Assembly (NCBI GenBank): GCA_046563655.1
Contig: CM102287.1
Location: 1-64,000, forward strand
Direction of reading: 5' to 3'
Length of the DNA stretch: 64,000 bases
DNA from: Yuukianura sp. NJ FZ-2021
Lineage: Eukaryota
Both the position numbers and the translations under genes were made by a program. This document shows, one piece after another, positions 62,001 through 64,000 of the stretch; within the stretch, counting starts at the first letter, position 1; every line of letters starts with the position of its first letter. The notes beneath the pieces were generated by a model, which was not told where the DNA came from, made no database searches, and was given only the letters and a program-made list of their open reading frames with translations.

Positions 62001-64000
62001 TCCATTGCCGTCTGAGTCATTGTGATTCATAGTGTCAAAATGAGTACTGGTTGGTATCTGTAGTGAGGACGAGCTTGTCATTTCACCGGCACTTCTACTT
62101 TGTGCTCAAAGATGAAGGCTGACAACAAGTGGTTTTACCGTGTGTAATAGTCGTTGATGCACTACGACAAAGTGGACCGGTATTAGATGCGTTCCATGAA
62201 GATGGTTAGAAGCGCTAACAAGGCATAAATTCCATTTTTCAGTATGTTTAAAACTTCGTTGTATAGTTCGCACATTAGTTTATACCAAAATGACAGTTAG
62301 ATTTATGCACTTGTTGCATAGTGGAGTTGGGCTAAAATATAATTCCAGATTATTGTTGAACACCAGTTATTCAGTTGTGCTTTATTGGAAGTGCAAGGTG
62401 GTAGTATGACATAAAAAATTATTTCCTAAAAATTCTAATCAAGATAACAAATAATGCGGAATGTTTCATTTTGATTTAGACAATGTAATAATGGGATTTC
62501 CCCTGAAGTTCCATTGCCGTCTGAGTCATTGTGATTCATAGTGTCAAAATGAGTACTGGTTGGTATCTGTAGTGAGGACGAGCTTGTCATTTCACCGGCA
62601 CTTTTCCTTTGTGCTCAAAGATGAAGGCTGACAACAAGTGGTTCACCGTGTGTAATAGTCGTTGATGCACTACGACAAAGTGGACCGGTATTAGATGCGT
62701 TCCATGAAGATGGTTAGAAGCGTTAACAAGGCATAAATTCCATTTTTCAGTATGTTTAAAACTTCGTTGTATAGTTCGCACATTAGTTTATACCAAAATG
62801 ACAGTTAGATTTATGCACTTGTTGCATAGTGGAGTTGGGCTAAAATATAATTCCAGATTATTGTTGAACACCAGTTATTCAGTTGTGCTTTATTGGAAGT
62901 GCAAGGTGGTAGTATGACATAAAAAATTATTTCCTAAAAATTCTAATCAAGATAACAAATAATGCGGAATGTTTCATTTTGATTTAGACAATGTAATAAT
63001 GGGATTTCCCTGAAGTTCCATTGCCCTCTGAGTCATTGTGATTCATAGTGTCAAAATGAGTACTGGTTGGTATCTGTAGTGAGGACGAGCTTGTCATTTC
63101 ACCGGCACTTCTCCTTTGTGCTCAAAGATGAAGGCTGACAACAAGTGGTTCACCGTGTGTAATAGTCGTTGATGCACTACGACAAAGTGGACCGGTATTA
63201 GATGCGTTCCATGAAGATGGTTAGAAGCGTTAACAAGGCATAAATTCCATTTTTCAGTATGTTTAAAACTTCGTTGTATAGTTCGCACATTAGTTTATAC
63301 CAAAATGACAGTTAGATTTATGCACTTGTTGCATAGTGGAGTTGGGCTAAAATATAATTCCAGATTATTGTTGAACACCAGTTATTCAGGTGTGCTTTAT
63401 TGGAAGTGCAGGGTGGTTGTACGACATAAAAAATTATTTCCTAAAAATTCTAATCAAGATAACAAATAATGCGGAATGTTTCATTTTGATTTAGACAATG
63501 TAATAATGGGATTTCCCTGAAGTTCCATTGCCGTCTGAGTCATTGTGATTCATAGTGTCAAAATGAGTACTGGTTGGTATCTGTAGTGAGGACGAGCTTG
63601 TCATTTCACCGGCACTTCTCCTTTGTGCTCAAAGATGAAGGCTGACAACAAGTGGTTCACCGTGTGTAATAGTCGTTGATGCACTACGACAAAGTGGACC
63701 GGTATTAGATGCGTTCCATGAAGATGGTTAGAAGCGATAACAAGGCATAAATTCCATTTTTCAGTATGTTTAAAACTTCGTTGTATAGTTCGCACATTAG
63801 TTTATACCAAAATGACAGTTAGATTTATGCACTTGTTGCATAGTGGAGTTGGGCTAAAATATAATTCCAGATTATTGTTGAACACCAGTTATTCAGGTGT
63901 GCTTTATTGGAAGTGCAGGGTGGTTGTACGACATAAAAAATTATTTCCTAAAAATTCTAATCAAGATAACAAATAATGCGGAATGTTTCATTTTGATTTA

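Larger units (their letters stand above)
38689..64000. repeat. 508-bp tandem satellite array, right arm (~46 monomers; eight carry the insert)
   Basis: Same monomer and orientation, resuming exactly in register after the duplicated AGTATG; runs off the window end. Confidence 0.99.

Noticed and set aside
291..63795. Dozens of repeated 60-94 aa ORFs (MGTIQRSFKH..., MRWVLCMG..., MSTKEK...)
   Set aside because: By-products of the satellite monomer: mostly non-ATG starts, no recognisable domain, and frameshifts tolerated in several copies.

Overview
Eukaryotic genomic DNA, probably from an invertebrate (short AT-rich ~60-nt introns, TCAGT initiator-like motifs). A homogeneous 508-bp tandem satellite (1-16640 and 38689-64000, about 78 monomers) is interrupted by one complete 22,048-bp Polinton/Maverick (polintovirus) at 16641-38688, with AG...CT ends, terminal inverted repeats (TIRs) and a perfect 6-bp target-site duplication (TSD) AGTATG. 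The element encodes a protein-primed PolB, retroviral-type integrase, major and minor capsid proteins, an adenain-like protease, a basic core-like protein and a PIF1 helicase. It is atypical in several ways: (i) most genes are broken by short spliceosomal introns (roughly 25-30 by manual modelling, one of them GC-AG); (ii) no packaging ATPase is recognisable; (iii) after splicing, it encodes three type-I membrane proteins with Cys-rich ectodomains, all ending in class I PDZ-binding motifs; (iv) it has a chromo-like/zinc-finger protein with TQT (LC8-type) motifs; (v) it carries tRNA-like Pol III A/B-box elements and G-quadruplex motifs near its ends; (vi) its PolB has degenerate exonuclease and polymerase motifs. 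Ten satellite monomers carry the same 211-bp solo-LTR-like insert at the same position. All gene models and family assignments are from manual reading and motif recognition; no database searches were run.
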